From contig SXRF01000068.1 in the NCBI GenBank assembly GCA_005792635.1, forward strand, positions 180 through 64,179: a DNA stretch of 64,000 nucleotides. Direction: 5' to 3'. The notes beneath the pieces are model-generated. The model did not search any database. It saw only the letters and a program-made list of their open reading frames with translations, and had not been told where the DNA came from. The stretch comes from Rickettsiales bacterium (GTDB lineage Bacteria; Pseudomonadota; Alphaproteobacteria; Rickettsiales; SXRF01). The translations under genes were made by a program, and so were the position numbers. Positions 36,595 to 47,351 of the stretch are shown piece after piece (position 1 is the first letter of the stretch; each line of letters opens with the position of its first letter).

Positions 36595-37416
36595 ATGCCA
36601 ACACCACAAGCAAACGACAGAGAATTTGACTTCACGCAGAGGGATTTCCAGTTTATTTCCAAGCTGGTGCATCAGCGCATCGGCATTGTGCTGAAGGAAA
36701 ATAAATTTGACATGGTTTATTCGCGGATGGCGCGGCGGTTGCGCGTGCTTAATTTGCGAAGTGTGGCTGATTATCTTGATTTCCTACAAAGTGATGCTGG
36801 CGCGGATGAAATGGGTAATATGGTGAATGCGATTACCACTAACCTCACCAGTTTTTTCCGCGAGCCACATCATTTTGAGCATCTGGCAAAACATGTATTT
36901 ACGCCATTTGCCAAGTCGGGCGAAAGCCGCCTTAGGATTTGGTCGGCGGGCTGTTCGGCTGGCGCAGAGCCATATAGCATCGCTATGACTATGATGGAGG
37001 CGATTCCTGATTTTGCCCGCAGGGATTGTAAAATACTTGCCACCGATATTGACACTAACATGGTGGAAAAAGGCAGAAACGGAATTTATGACGAAGATTG
37101 GATAGATAAAATCCCAGCCAATTTGCGCGTGAAATATGTGGAAGGCAACCAAATAGGCGCGAAAGCCAAATCTCTCATTACCTTTAAGCCGCTAAATTTG
37201 TTGGATGGTTGGCCGATGAGCGGAAAGTTTGACGCGATATTTTGCCGCAATGTGGTGATTTATTTTGACAAAGAAACGCAAGCTCCTCTGTTCTCGCGCT
37301 ATGCGGATATGCTTAAACCAAATGGATATTTATATATCGGGCATTCGGAAAATTTGAATGGCGTTTGCGATCGTTTTAAGCTGGTGGACAAAACTACATA
37401 TCAGAGGATTAAGTAG
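36595..37416 (+). CDS. cheR: Chemotaxis protein methyltransferase CheR
   Basis: 273 aa with TTNLTSFFREPHHFE, RIWSAGCSAGAEPYSIAM and FCRNVVIYFD. Confidence 0.95.
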   Translation: MPTPQANDREFDFTQRDFQFISKLVHQRIGIVLKENKFDMVYSRMARRLRVLNLRSVADYLDFLQSDAGADEMGNMVNAITTNLTSFFREPHHFEHLAKHVFTPFAKSGESRLRIWSAGCSAGAEPYSIAMTMMEAIPDFARRDCKILATDIDTNMVEKGRNGIYDEDWIDKIPANLRVKYVEGNQIGAKAKSLITFKPLNLLDGWPMSGKFDAIFCRNVVIYFDKETQAPLFSRYADMLKPNGYLYIGHSENLNGVCDRFKLVDKTTYQRIK

Positions 37417-37437
37417 TAGAGGATTAGAAAAAAGAAA

Positions 37438-38109
37438 ATGAACCAAGAAGAAACGCAAAAATTTAACCGCCGTAGCACCGATCGCCTGACAGCAAAGAAA
37501 CCAGACGGAACAACGATTGTTGAGCGCAGGAGCAGCGAGCGCGAAAACTTGGCAAAAGTTACCACGCTTTATTCTGGCGATTATTATGTAACTGATAAGC
37601 CAAACGAGATGATTGTTACCATCCTCGGCAGTTGCGTGGCGGCTTGTTTGCATGACCCTGTGGCAAGGGTTGGCGGAATGAATCATTTTTTGCTGCCTGA
37701 CAACACGGCTGGTGGTTCGGTTAGTAATGGCTCTAGCTCTGCGGAATCCACGCGTTACGGCGCGTTTGCTATGGAGCAGTTAATCAACGGAATTTTACAG
37801 CGCGGCGGGCTAAAAAGCCGCATTGAAGCTAAAGTATTTGGTGGTGCAAATGTTATCAATAATTCGGCGATGATTGGCAGCAAAAATGTTTCTTTTATCA
37901 GAAATTTTTTGAAGCAAGAGGGGTTAAAGGTAACCAGCAGTGATTTAGGGGGAGATTATCCTCGGCGGCTGCGTTTTTATCCTGATACGGGCAAAGCAAT
38001 GCTGATGAAACTGGCGAGAAAAGATGATATGATGGTGGTGGATGAGGAAAAACAATTTGCTGAAAAACTTAAAGTTAAACCAGTTGAGGGTGATATTGAG
38101 TTGTTTTAG
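37438..38109 (+). CDS. cheD: Chemoreceptor glutamine deamidase CheD
   Basis: 223 aa with ILGSCVAACLHDP...GGMNHFLLP and KVFGGANV, preceded by an N-terminal extension of about 45 aa. Confidence 0.88.
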   Translation: MNQEETQKFNRRSTDRLTAKKPDGTTIVERRSSERENLAKVTTLYSGDYYVTDKPNEMIVTILGSCVAACLHDPVARVGGMNHFLLPDNTAGGSVSNGSSSAESTRYGAFAMEQLINGILQRGGLKSRIEAKVFGGANVINNSAMIGSKNVSFIRNFLKQEGLKVTSSDLGGDYPRRLRFYPDTGKAMLMKLARKDDMMVVDEEKQFAEKLKVKPVEGDIELF

Positions 38110-38144
38110 TGGCTAGTGACAAGTGGTGAATGATAAGGAAAAAG

Positions 38145-39191
38145 ATGAAAAAAATAAAACTACTAATTGTTGATGATTCCATGCTCATCCGTGCGATGTT
38201 CTCGGAGATGCTTGCGGATTCTCCAGATATTGAGGTGGTGGGGACGGCGGTTGACCCGTTTGATGCGCGGGAAAAAATAAAGCTGCTCAACCCTGATGTG
38301 ATTACTCTGGATGTGGAAATGCCGAAAATGGACGGCATAACTTTCCTAGAGAAAATAATGAGCTTGCGCCCGATGCCTGTTATCATGGTGTCGTCGCTGA
38401 CGGCAAAGGGTGCGGACATAACCATCCGCGCATTGGAAATTGGTGCGGCGGATTTTCTGACCAAGCCAGCAGTGCAGGACGAAACGAGCTTGCTTGCTAT
38501 GAAGCAAGATCTCATCAAAAAAATACATTCCGCTGCCCAGCAAAAAATGTCGGCTCGGAGCGAAAAATTGGTGCAGAAGCCAGCGGGCGAAGGGCAGCTT
38601 AGCTATCGCGGAAGTTCGGTTGGAAAGCTTATAGCCATTGGTGCGTCCACTGGCGGGGTGGAGGCTCTGCGAGAAGTTTTGCAAGTTTTACCGCAAAATA
38701 TGCCGCCGATTGTGGTGACGCAGCATATGCCAGCTGGATTTACCAAGTCATTCGCCAATCGTCTGGATACTCTTTGCGCGATGAGCGTTCAGGAAGCAAC
38801 ACATTTGCAGCCGTTACAGGCGGGGAATATTTATATAGCCGCTGGCGACAGGCATATGGAAATTGAAGCGCAGACGGGCAAATGGGTGATAAAACTGCGT
38901 GATGGTGAGAATGTTTCCAGCCATAAGCCATCGGTGGATGTTTTATTCGCGTCGGTTGCCAAAAACATTGGCAAAAAAGCTGTTGGTGTTATACTTACGG
39001 GCATGGGGCATGACGGAGCAGAGGGTTTGCTGAAAATGCGTGAGGCGGGTGCGAAAACCATCGGGCAGAATGAGGCAAGTTGCGTGGTGTACGGAATGCC
39101 AAAAGTTGCGAAGAATATCGGCGCGGTGGAAACGGAAATGCCGCTTTCTCGGATAGCTGGCGGAATAATTCATCTTTGTGAGAAAATATGA
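38145..39191 (+). CDS. cheB: Chemotaxis methylesterase/deamidase CheB
   Basis: Receiver domain (KLLIVDDS...DVEMPKMDG) plus esterase domain (IGASTGG, HMP, GMGHDG). The ATG at 38145 after AAGGAAAAAG is preferred. The ATG at 38130 is also possible. Confidence 0.93.
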   Translation: MKKIKLLIVDDSMLIRAMFSEMLADSPDIEVVGTAVDPFDAREKIKLLNPDVITLDVEMPKMDGITFLEKIMSLRPMPVIMVSSLTAKGADITIRALEIGAADFLTKPAVQDETSLLAMKQDLIKKIHSAAQQKMSARSEKLVQKPAGEGQLSYRGSSVGKLIAIGASTGGVEALREVLQVLPQNMPPIVVTQHMPAGFTKSFANRLDTLCAMSVQEATHLQPLQAGNIYIAAGDRHMEIEAQTGKWVIKLRDGENVSSHKPSVDVLFASVAKNIGKKAVGVILTGMGHDGAEGLLKMREAGAKTIGQNEASCVVYGMPKVAKNIGAVETEMPLSRIAGGIIHLCEKI

Positions 39192-40357
39192 AAATACTTC
39201 AGTTTTTTTCAAAGGTTGCGGATGAGGAAACGGAGGTGGCGGAAGTTCCTGTCCGTCCTGTGTCTGCGCCTCAGCCTGCCGCCTCTGAAAATTTACTGAA
39301 AGATATGGGGGGTAAATTTTTACCCACCGAACATGCCGAAGAGCTTAAAACATGGATTTCGCAAACCGCGCTTTATGGGCAAAGTGTTGATGTATTGTGC
39401 AATTTGCTTTCCGAATCAGCAAAATATGTTGAGGTGAACACCCATCGGTTGAATGATCAATTTGTAGGTCTTGCCACTGGTGCGCGTGAGCAGGGCGAGC
39501 AGATTCAGAAGGTTATTGACTTAAGCAAAGGGATTGAGGTTGCTGGTGAGGTGATTTCCGTCAGTGATTTTATTGGGGTTTTTTCGGAGACTTTATCGTC
39601 GCTTATGCAAAAAATTCTCGCTGTGTCGGAAAATTCTATGAACATGGCGTATCAAATGGAATCCGCCATAAAAAACATTGCCTATCTTGAGGAATTTACC
39701 ACGCGCATTCGCACTATTAACCGCCAGATGAATTTTCTCGCGCTTAATGCCACGATAGAGGGGGCAAGGGCAGGGGAGGCAGGCAAGGGGTTCAATGTGG
39801 TGGCGGAGGAAGTGAAAAATGTTTCCAAGGAAATTGGCGGGCTTACCAATGACATGGCGAAACGCATCGGCACAGTTTCCGACAGCTTGCATTCGAGCTA
39901 TAAATTGGTGGAGGATTTAGCAACTACCGATATGTCAGATAATATTTTGGCGCAGGAAAAGCTTGATATTTTGCTTGCGGGCATGGTTGCACAGAATGAA
40001 CGCTTTACCGAAGTTATGAAGCGGGCGGTGGCAACTTCCAAAGAAATTTCAGGAAATATCTCGCAAGCAGTGGTCAGTATGCAGTTTCAGGATAGAAATA
40101 CGCAGTATGTTGGCAATGCGGTTGGGGTTCTTCGTCATTTTTTTGAGCATCTTTCAACGCTTCCAGCCGATATGGAGCCGCACGGTGAAACAGTGGTGGC
40201 AGCGGCACGCTTTATCAGTAGTCAATTTACCTTAAGCGAATTCCGTAAGGCGTTTCTTGAGCATTTGATTGACAAAAATTGGATAAAAGCGGAAGATGTA
40301 GAGGGTGTTACATCGTCACAATCAACAGCGTCAGATGATGACATAGAGTTTTTTTAG
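39188..40357 (+). CDS. Soluble methyl-accepting chemotaxis protein-like transducer (no TM segments)
   Basis: 389 aa with the MA-domain core [33 protein letters not shown] and MQFQDRNTQ. Its start overlaps the cheB stop (ATGA). The C-terminus ends ...DDDIEFF. Confidence 0.85.
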   Translation: MKILQFFSKVADEETEVAEVPVRPVSAPQPAASENLLKDMGGKFLPTEHAEELKTWISQTALYGQSVDVLCNLLSESAKYVEVNTHRLNDQFVGLATGAREQGEQIQKVIDLSKGIEVAGEVISVSDFIGVFSETLSSLMQKILAVSENSMNMAYQMESAIKNIAYLEEFTTRIRTINRQMNFLALNATIEGARAGEAGKGFNVVAEEVKNVSKEIGGLTNDMAKRIGTVSDSLHSSYKLVEDLATTDMSDNILAQEKLDILLAGMVAQNERFTEVMKRAVATSKEISGNISQAVVSMQFQDRNTQYVGNAVGVLRHFFEHLSTLPADMEPHGETVVAAARFISSQFTLSEFRKAFLEHLIDKNWIKAEDVEGVTSSQSTASDDDIEFF

Positions 40358-40377
40358 AAGAAATTGGAGTTGGTTTT

Positions 40378-40680
40378 ATGGAATTATCTATTTCAAGAAA
40401 TGGTGATGCGGCATTTGCCAAAATGTCTGGCAAATTCACATTTTCAGATCACATGAAGTTTAAGGATGTCCTCGCGCTTGCTGAGGATGCGAGCATAAAA
40501 TCCGTAACGCTTGATTTTGCGGCGATTGAGTTTCTGGATTCCGCTGGTCTTGGGATGCTTATGATTTTGCGAAAGATAGCCATGCAAAACGGGCAGGGGG
40601 TGACCATAGCCTCGGCGAATGGACAGGTTGACAAAGTTCTTCGGTTGTCGCGCTTTGACGAAATGTTCAATATGGTTTAG
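40378..40680 (+). CDS. SpoIIAA/RsbV-like STAS-domain anti-sigma-factor antagonist
   Basis: 100 aa containing FLDSAGLGMLMIL, which keeps the Asp-Ser phospho-acceptor context. It is the last gene of the co-oriented che cluster. Confidence 0.8.
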   Translation: MELSISRNGDAAFAKMSGKFTFSDHMKFKDVLALAEDASIKSVTLDFAAIEFLDSAGLGMLMILRKIAMQNGQGVTIASANGQVDKVLRLSRFDEMFNMV

Positions 40681-40687
40681 GCTCTAC

Positions 40688-41863
40688 CTAGCGCAATCTG
40701 TTTAGACCCTGTTCCAAATCCGCTATTAAATCGTCAGTATTTTCCAAGCCGATATGCAGGCGTAGCAAAAACCCATCATGTTTCCACTTGCTGGCTGTGC
40801 GGATTTTTTCTGGTTTGCAGGTGATGATCAGGCTCTCAAATCCACCCCAGCTATAGCCCATACCGAAATATTCAAGCCCGTCGAGCATCGCGGCTAGTGC
40901 CTCCAGCGAATAGCCATCTTTCAAAATAATACTGAACAGGCTGGTTGCACCTGTGAAATCGCGTTTCCATATTTCATGACCAGCGCAGGACGGCAGGGCA
41001 GGGTGCAAAACTTTTGCTACTTCTGGTCGGGTTGCTAGCCAATTTGCTACACGCAAACCGCTCGCATATTGTTGCTTAACGCGAACCGCCATCGAGCGAA
41101 GACCGCGCAGAGCAAGGTAGCATTCATCACCACTCGCCCGCGCACCAATATTGCGGAATGTTTGCAATAGTTTTTTATAATGTACCTCTTTGCAAGAAAG
41201 TACGCCCATTATTAAATCAGAATGCCCGCTTATATATTTAGTGGCAGAGTGAACAGAAACATCAATTCCCAGCTCAAACGGGTGAATAAACAGCGGTGTT
41301 GCCCAAGTGTTATCGGCAATAACCACCGCGCCTTTTGCGTGCGCCGCTGCGGCAATCGCTGGTATATCCTGAACCTCAAAGGTGAGTGATCCTGGACTTT
41401 CTACAAACACTACCTTGGTGTTAGCTTTGATGAGTTTTGCAATATCAGCACCAATAATCGGGTCGTAATATTCAACCTCAATCCCCAGCCGCTTTAGCTC
41501 ATGGTCACATGAACGGCGTGTTGGCCCGTAAGTGCTGTCAACCATCAGCAAATGATCGCCAGCACTCAGAAAAGCCAGCAATGATGTCATAATCGCCGAT
41601 AAACCAGAGGCGGTAACGATTGAGTAATCAGCACCTTCAAGCTCGGCTATTGCCTTTTCCAATGCCTCAGTGCTTGGTGTGCCAAATCTACCATAAGTCG
41701 GGTATGGGCAGTTGCCGCTATCGGCTGCCTCAAACTCGGCAAGGGTCGGGAATAATATCGTGGAGGCGCGATACACAGGCACATTCACCGCCCCACGATG
41801 GGCATTGTTGTGAACACTAGAAGCGCAGCCAGAGGTAGCGAGGATGGTTTCGATTTTTTTCAT
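40688..41863 (-). CDS. metC: Cystathionine beta-lyase (Cys/Met-metabolism PLP enzyme)
   Basis: 391 aa with the PLP-lysine context SATKYISGHSD. The overall family is clear, but the beta-lyase versus gamma-synthase subtype was assigned from length and N-terminus only. Confidence 0.7.
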   Translation of the reverse strand: MKKIETILATSGCASSVHNNAHRGAVNVPVYRASTILFPTLAEFEAADSGNCPYPTYGRFGTPSTEALEKAIAELEGADYSIVTASGLSAIMTSLLAFLSAGDHLLMVDSTYGPTRRSCDHELKRLGIEVEYYDPIIGADIAKLIKANTKVVFVESPGSLTFEVQDIPAIAAAAHAKGAVVIADNTWATPLFIHPFELGIDVSVHSATKYISGHSDLIMGVLSCKEVHYKKLLQTFRNIGARASGDECYLALRGLRSMAVRVKQQYASGLRVANWLATRPEVAKVLHPALPSCAGHEIWKRDFTGATSLFSIILKDGYSLEALAAMLDGLEYFGMGYSWGGFESLIITCKPEKIRTASKWKHDGFLLRLHIGLENTDDLIADLEQGLNRLR

Positions 41864-41866
41864 GTT

Positions 41867-42181
41867 TTATATCATTCCTTTATTAAATGCGTCACGCAGT
41901 AATTTTTCAACTTTTACATTATAGCCCTTGCCGACAGATTTAATTAAATCCACTAAATCAGGGGAAAAACGAAAGGCGATCATTTTTTTTGGTGCGATGG
42001 AGGCTGGGCGACCGCGATTTTTATTTTGGATAGCGGATAGTTTTTTTTGCAAGGAAAGCGGCAAACCAGAAAACGGCACGGCATTTTTGAAAAATTCATC
42101 GGTAAGCTCTGGAACATCGTCATCATCAAGCAGTACACGCGTACCATCTTCATATTCAATGTATTCTTGTTTTTTTTTCAT
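41867..42181 (-). CDS. brnA: BrnA-type antitoxin (COG3514-like, RHH)
   Basis: 104 aa with GRPASIAPKKMIAFRFSPDLVDLIKSVGKGYNVKVEKLLRDAF. It overlaps and lies downstream of the BrnT gene. Confidence 0.75.
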   Translation of the reverse strand: MKKKQEYIEYEDGTRVLLDDDDVPELTDEFFKNAVPFSGLPLSLQKKLSAIQNKNRGRPASIAPKKMIAFRFSPDLVDLIKSVGKGYNVKVEKLLRDAFNKGMI

Positions 42182-42434
42182 AATCTTTCCTTTCTCGCAA
42201 ATTTGCTTTTCTGAGGCTTATCGCTCGCACTCCATTTTGTGTTTCCACAAAACATAAAATATGCAGTCTTTCATAGATATAACCAGTTGAAACGCAACGA
42301 ACCTCGCCATAATCCTTTCGAGAGTCGATTGCGATTTTGGCAGTCGCATAATCAAACAACCCCGCATCAGCAAGTGATATGCCGTGCTTGTTTATATTCT
42401 TCTCATTCTTAACTGGATCGAATTCTATATCCAT
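42156..42434 (-). CDS. brnT: BrnT-type toxin (DUF497 ribonuclease toxin)
   Basis: 92 aa with MDIEFDPVKNEKNINKHGISLADA...YGEVR...RAISLRKANLRERKDY, the typical DUF497 pattern. It overlaps brnA by 26 nt. Confidence 0.8.
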   Translation of the reverse strand: MDIEFDPVKNEKNINKHGISLADAGLFDYATAKIAIDSRKDYGEVRCVSTGYIYERLHILCFVETQNGVRAISLRKANLRERKDYEKKTRIH

Positions 42435-42486
42435 ACATCCCAGTCTATTTATTGTATTAGCAATAATTTAGGAAGTCAAGACGCGA

Positions 42487-43740
42487 TTATTGGTTGAAAA
42501 ACTCCACAAGTGCAGCTTCAAGCCGTTCTATGCCCGTTGCCAGCTCTTTTTCGGTAATAAGCAGCGACGGCAAAAAGCGCAGTACATTCGGCCCAGCTTG
42601 CAACACCAGAACGCCGCCAAGCCGCGCCGCTTCTGCAATATCGCCAGCTTTTCCGTGATATTCTGGTTTTAGCTCCGCGCCAATCATCAGCCCGCGACCG
42701 CGAATTTCTGTGAAGATTTTGTGTTTTTTGTTAATGGCATTAAGCCCAGCAACCAATTGTTTTCCGCGCTCTTTTACATTTTTGCCAAGGCTTGCCGATT
42801 GCAACGATTTAAGCACCACCCTCGCCACCGCGCAAGCAATCGGGTTGCCGCCAAAGGTTGAGCCGTGGCTGCCAAATTGGAAGGTGTTTTCCGCCTTCTC
42901 GCCCACCAGCATCGCGCCAATCGGAAGACCGCCGCCCAGAGCCTTCGCCAGCGTCACCACATCAGGCTTTACGCCGTCTTCAGCAAAATGCGAAAATAAT
43001 TTTCCCGTCCGCATCATGCCGCACTGCACTTGGTCAAGTATCAGCAGTGCGTCATATTTATGGCATAAATCCTGAACATGTTTGAGAAAGCCCTTGGCAA
43101 CAGGCGTTACACCGCCTTCACCCTGCACCACTTCCAGCATCACCGCGCAGGTTTTGTCGCTAACTGCTTTTTCAATTGCCGCGAAATCATTAAAGGGAAC
43201 ATAGGTGAAACCAGCGGGCAGCGGCTCAAAACCAGCCTGATATTTTGGCTGAGCGGTGGCGGTGATGCTCGCTAGAGTGCGCCCATGGAACGAACCTGTA
43301 AAGGTTATAATCTCGCGCTTTTCTGGTGGTTTTCCCTTGTCAGCCGCATATTTGCGGGCGAGCTTGATTGCCGCTTCGTTGGCTTCCGTTCCTGAATTGG
43401 AAAAGAAAGCGCGGCGAGCGAATTTTGAGGCTTTTACTAGCTCTTCGGCGAGTAAAATCGCTGGCTCATTGAAAAAAACATTGCTGGTATGCCAAATGTT
43501 TTTTGCTTGCGCGGTCATCGCCGCAATCAGTTTTTTATTGTTATGCCCAAGGCTAGTTACGGAAATTCCCGCTCCAAGGTCAATATATTCATTTCCGTCC
43601 GCGTCCCAAATCTTCGCGCCTGCGCCACGCGCCACTATCATTTCCCGCGGTTTATAAGCCAGAGAATAATATTTTTTACCCTTGGCAAGCAAGGTTTTGG
43701 TTTTTGCCGTTACGGCTTTTCTTTGTGGTTTTTTTTTCAT
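42487..43740 (-). CDS. argD: Acetylornithine/class-III aminotransferase
   Basis: 417 aa with FFSNSGTEANEAAIKLARKY, DQVQCGMMRTGKLF and TLAKALGGGLP (PLP Lys). Confidence 0.8.
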   Translation of the reverse strand: MKKKPQRKAVTAKTKTLLAKGKKYYSLAYKPREMIVARGAGAKIWDADGNEYIDLGAGISVTSLGHNNKKLIAAMTAQAKNIWHTSNVFFNEPAILLAEELVKASKFARRAFFSNSGTEANEAAIKLARKYAADKGKPPEKREIITFTGSFHGRTLASITATAQPKYQAGFEPLPAGFTYVPFNDFAAIEKAVSDKTCAVMLEVVQGEGGVTPVAKGFLKHVQDLCHKYDALLILDQVQCGMMRTGKLFSHFAEDGVKPDVVTLAKALGGGLPIGAMLVGEKAENTFQFGSHGSTFGGNPIACAVARVVLKSLQSASLGKNVKERGKQLVAGLNAINKKHKIFTEIRGRGLMIGAELKPEYHGKAGDIAEAARLGGVLVLQAGPNVLRFLPSLLITEKELATGIERLEAALVEFFNQ

Positions 43741-43874
43741 GTTTTTACCTTGAGGCTAGCGGATAGAGGAGATTGACAAAGAATATTCTTTTATAGTCAG
43801 CGTTTTTGCAAGCGGTTTTTCTTTACAAAACATTCTTAATCCTTTAATCATCCAGTCATCCAAAATGGCAATAA

Positions 43875-44939
<1,065 letters not shown>

Positions 44940-44944
44940 TAAAA

Positions 44945-46210
44945 ATGCACGATATAAAATTTATACGCCAAAACGCGGAAGTTTTTGATGCGGGGCTGGT
45001 TCGCCGTGGACTCGCGCCGCTATCTGCGGAGATTTTGAAGCTAGACGAGCAAAAACGCGCTGAGCAAACCAATTTGCAAAATCTGTTGGCGAAAAAAAAC
45101 GCATTTGCCAAGGCAATTGGCGAGGCGAAGCGGGCGGGCGCGGATGCGTCAGCGATTATGGAAGAAGCCAAGCTGGTGAACGAGCAAATCGCAAAGCTTG
45201 AGGGTGAGCTGGCTGGGCGTGGTGCGCTAGAGGAAATGCTGGAAACCATACCCAATCTTCCAGCCGCTGATGTGCCTGATGGTGATGATGAAAATGGCAA
45301 TTTGCAAGTGCGCGTGGTTGGTGAAAAGCCAAGATGGAATTTTGTATCAAAGGCGCATGATGAGCTTGGTGTTGCGCTGGGGCTGATGGATTTTGACGCA
45401 GCGGCGAAGCTTTCTGGCGCAAGGTTCGTGGTGCTAAAAGGTGCGCTTGCTAAAATGGAACGCGCTCTGGCAAGTTTTATGCTGGATATTCATACTAATG
45501 AATTTGGCTATACCGAGCACAACCCGCCTTTCCTTGTGCGTGACAACGCGGTTTATGGCACAGGTCAACTGCCAAAATTTTCTGAGGATTTATTCAAAAC
45601 AGAAAACGGTTTTTGGCTAATACCAACCGCCGAAGTGCCGCTGACGAATCTTTATGCCGACACGATAATAGATGCGGAGCAACTGCCCATCCGCATGACG
45701 GCTTACACGCCATGCTTCCGTTCGGAAGCTGGGGCGGCTGGGCGCGACACGCGGGGTATGGTGCGCCAGCATCAATTTTCCAAGGTGGAGCTGGTGAGCA
45801 TTGTCGCTGCTGATAAATCCGAGGCAGAACATGAACGCATGACGGCTTGCGCCGAGGAAATCCTAAAACGCCTTGGATTGCATTACCGTGTTGTGTTGCT
45901 CTGCACGGGCGATATGGGCTTTTGCTCGCAAAAAACCTATGATTTAGAGGTGTGGTTGCCCGCGCAGAACACCTTCCGCGAGATTTCCAGCTGCTCCAAT
46001 TGCGGTGCATTTCAAGCACGGCGCATGAAAGCACGGACGAAGGCAAAAGGCGCAAAAGAAACAGAATTCGTTCATACCCTAAACGGCTCTGGGCTTGCCA
46101 TTGGCCGCACTATGGTCGCTATTTTGGAAAACTATCAACAAGCCGATGGCAGCATCGTTGTGCCAGAGGCTTTGCGTCCATATATGGGTGGATTAACGGT
46201 GATTAGCTAA
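44945..46210 (+). CDS. serS: Serine--tRNA ligase
   Basis: 421 aa with an N-terminal coiled coil and class-II motifs ([30 protein letters not shown]). Confidence 0.96.
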   Translation: MHDIKFIRQNAEVFDAGLVRRGLAPLSAEILKLDEQKRAEQTNLQNLLAKKNAFAKAIGEAKRAGADASAIMEEAKLVNEQIAKLEGELAGRGALEEMLETIPNLPAADVPDGDDENGNLQVRVVGEKPRWNFVSKAHDELGVALGLMDFDAAAKLSGARFVVLKGALAKMERALASFMLDIHTNEFGYTEHNPPFLVRDNAVYGTGQLPKFSEDLFKTENGFWLIPTAEVPLTNLYADTIIDAEQLPIRMTAYTPCFRSEAGAAGRDTRGMVRQHQFSKVELVSIVAADKSEAEHERMTACAEEILKRLGLHYRVVLLCTGDMGFCSQKTYDLEVWLPAQNTFREISSCSNCGAFQARRMKARTKAKGAKETEFVHTLNGSGLAIGRTMVAILENYQQADGSIVVPEALRPYMGGLTVIS

Positions 46211-46222
46211 GAAAGAAAAAAT

Positions 46223-47350
46223 ATGACTAATAAAGCTGTAATTTGCGGATATGCTCGTTCACCATTCACACCTGCGGGTAAGGGGGAGCTGGCTCGCACT
46301 CGCCCTGACGATATTTTGGCGCAAGTTCTGAAAGGCTTGCTGACGAAAATTTCGCTGAATACGGCGGATATTGAGGATGTTATGGTTGGTTGCGCCTTCC
46401 CCGAGGGCGAGCAGGGCATGAATATTGGGCGGCAATTGGTGTTGCTGTCTGGTTTGCCAATCAGCATTGGCGGCGCGACGGTTAATCGTTTTTGCGGTTC
46501 GTCAATGGAGGCGATTCACATTGCGGCGGGGAAAATCACTTGCGGTGCTGGTGAATTATTTATCGCTGGCGGAGTGGAGTCTATGAGCCGCATACCGATG
46601 GGCGGTTTTAATCTTGCACCGAATCCTGCGCTATATTCTGCCATGCCTGCTGCTTATATGTCTATGGGGCTGACGGCGGAGCAGGTATGCAAAAAACTTT
46701 CTATAGCTCGCGCCGAGCAAGAAAAATTCGCGCTAGCCAGCCATCAAAAAGCCGCAAAAGCTGATTTTTCAGGTGAGATTATTCCTATTGTAAGCAAAGC
46801 AGGAACGGTTAGCAAAGACGGTTGCATTCGCCCTGAAACCAGCCTTGAAAGCATGGCGGGATTAAAACCTGCCTTTGATGTAAGCGGCACGGTGACGGCG
46901 GCGACTTCTTCACCAGTAACCGATGGTGCAGCGGTGGTGATTGTCGCATCAGAGGCGTATGCCAAGAAAAATAATCTGCCGATTTTAGCGCGGATAAAAT
47001 CTTTTGCGACATCGGGAATTGCGCCAGAAATTATGGGGCTAGGGCCAGTGGAAGCCAGCAAAAAGGCAATTTCTCGCGCTGGTCTAACGCTTTCCGATAT
47101 TGATATTATTGAGCTAAACGAAGCTTTCGCAGTGCAAGCCCTTGGCGTTATTGCTGAGCTTGGGCTGGACGCAAGCAAAATAAATCTCGACGGTGGCGCG
47201 CTCGCCCTTGGTCATCCGCTAGGTGCATCGGGCGCAAGGATAACTGGTAAAGCCGCGCAGTTGCTAGCAAAACACGGGAAGAAATACGCCCTAGCCACTC
47301 AGTGCATCGGCGGCGGGCAGGGCATAGCCACGATTCTTGAAGCTGTTTAA
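46223..47350 (+). CDS. Acetyl-CoA C-acyltransferase (thiolase)
   Basis: 375 aa with the catalytic contexts NRFCGSSMEA, GHPLGASGAR and CIGGGQG. Confidence 0.9.
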   Translation: MTNKAVICGYARSPFTPAGKGELARTRPDDILAQVLKGLLTKISLNTADIEDVMVGCAFPEGEQGMNIGRQLVLLSGLPISIGGATVNRFCGSSMEAIHIAAGKITCGAGELFIAGGVESMSRIPMGGFNLAPNPALYSAMPAAYMSMGLTAEQVCKKLSIARAEQEKFALASHQKAAKADFSGEIIPIVSKAGTVSKDGCIRPETSLESMAGLKPAFDVSGTVTAATSSPVTDGAAVVIVASEAYAKKNNLPILARIKSFATSGIAPEIMGLGPVEASKKAISRAGLTLSDIDIIELNEAFAVQALGVIAELGLDASKINLDGGALALGHPLGASGARITGKAAQLLAKHGKKYALATQCIGGGQGIATILEAV

Positions 47351-47351
47351 C

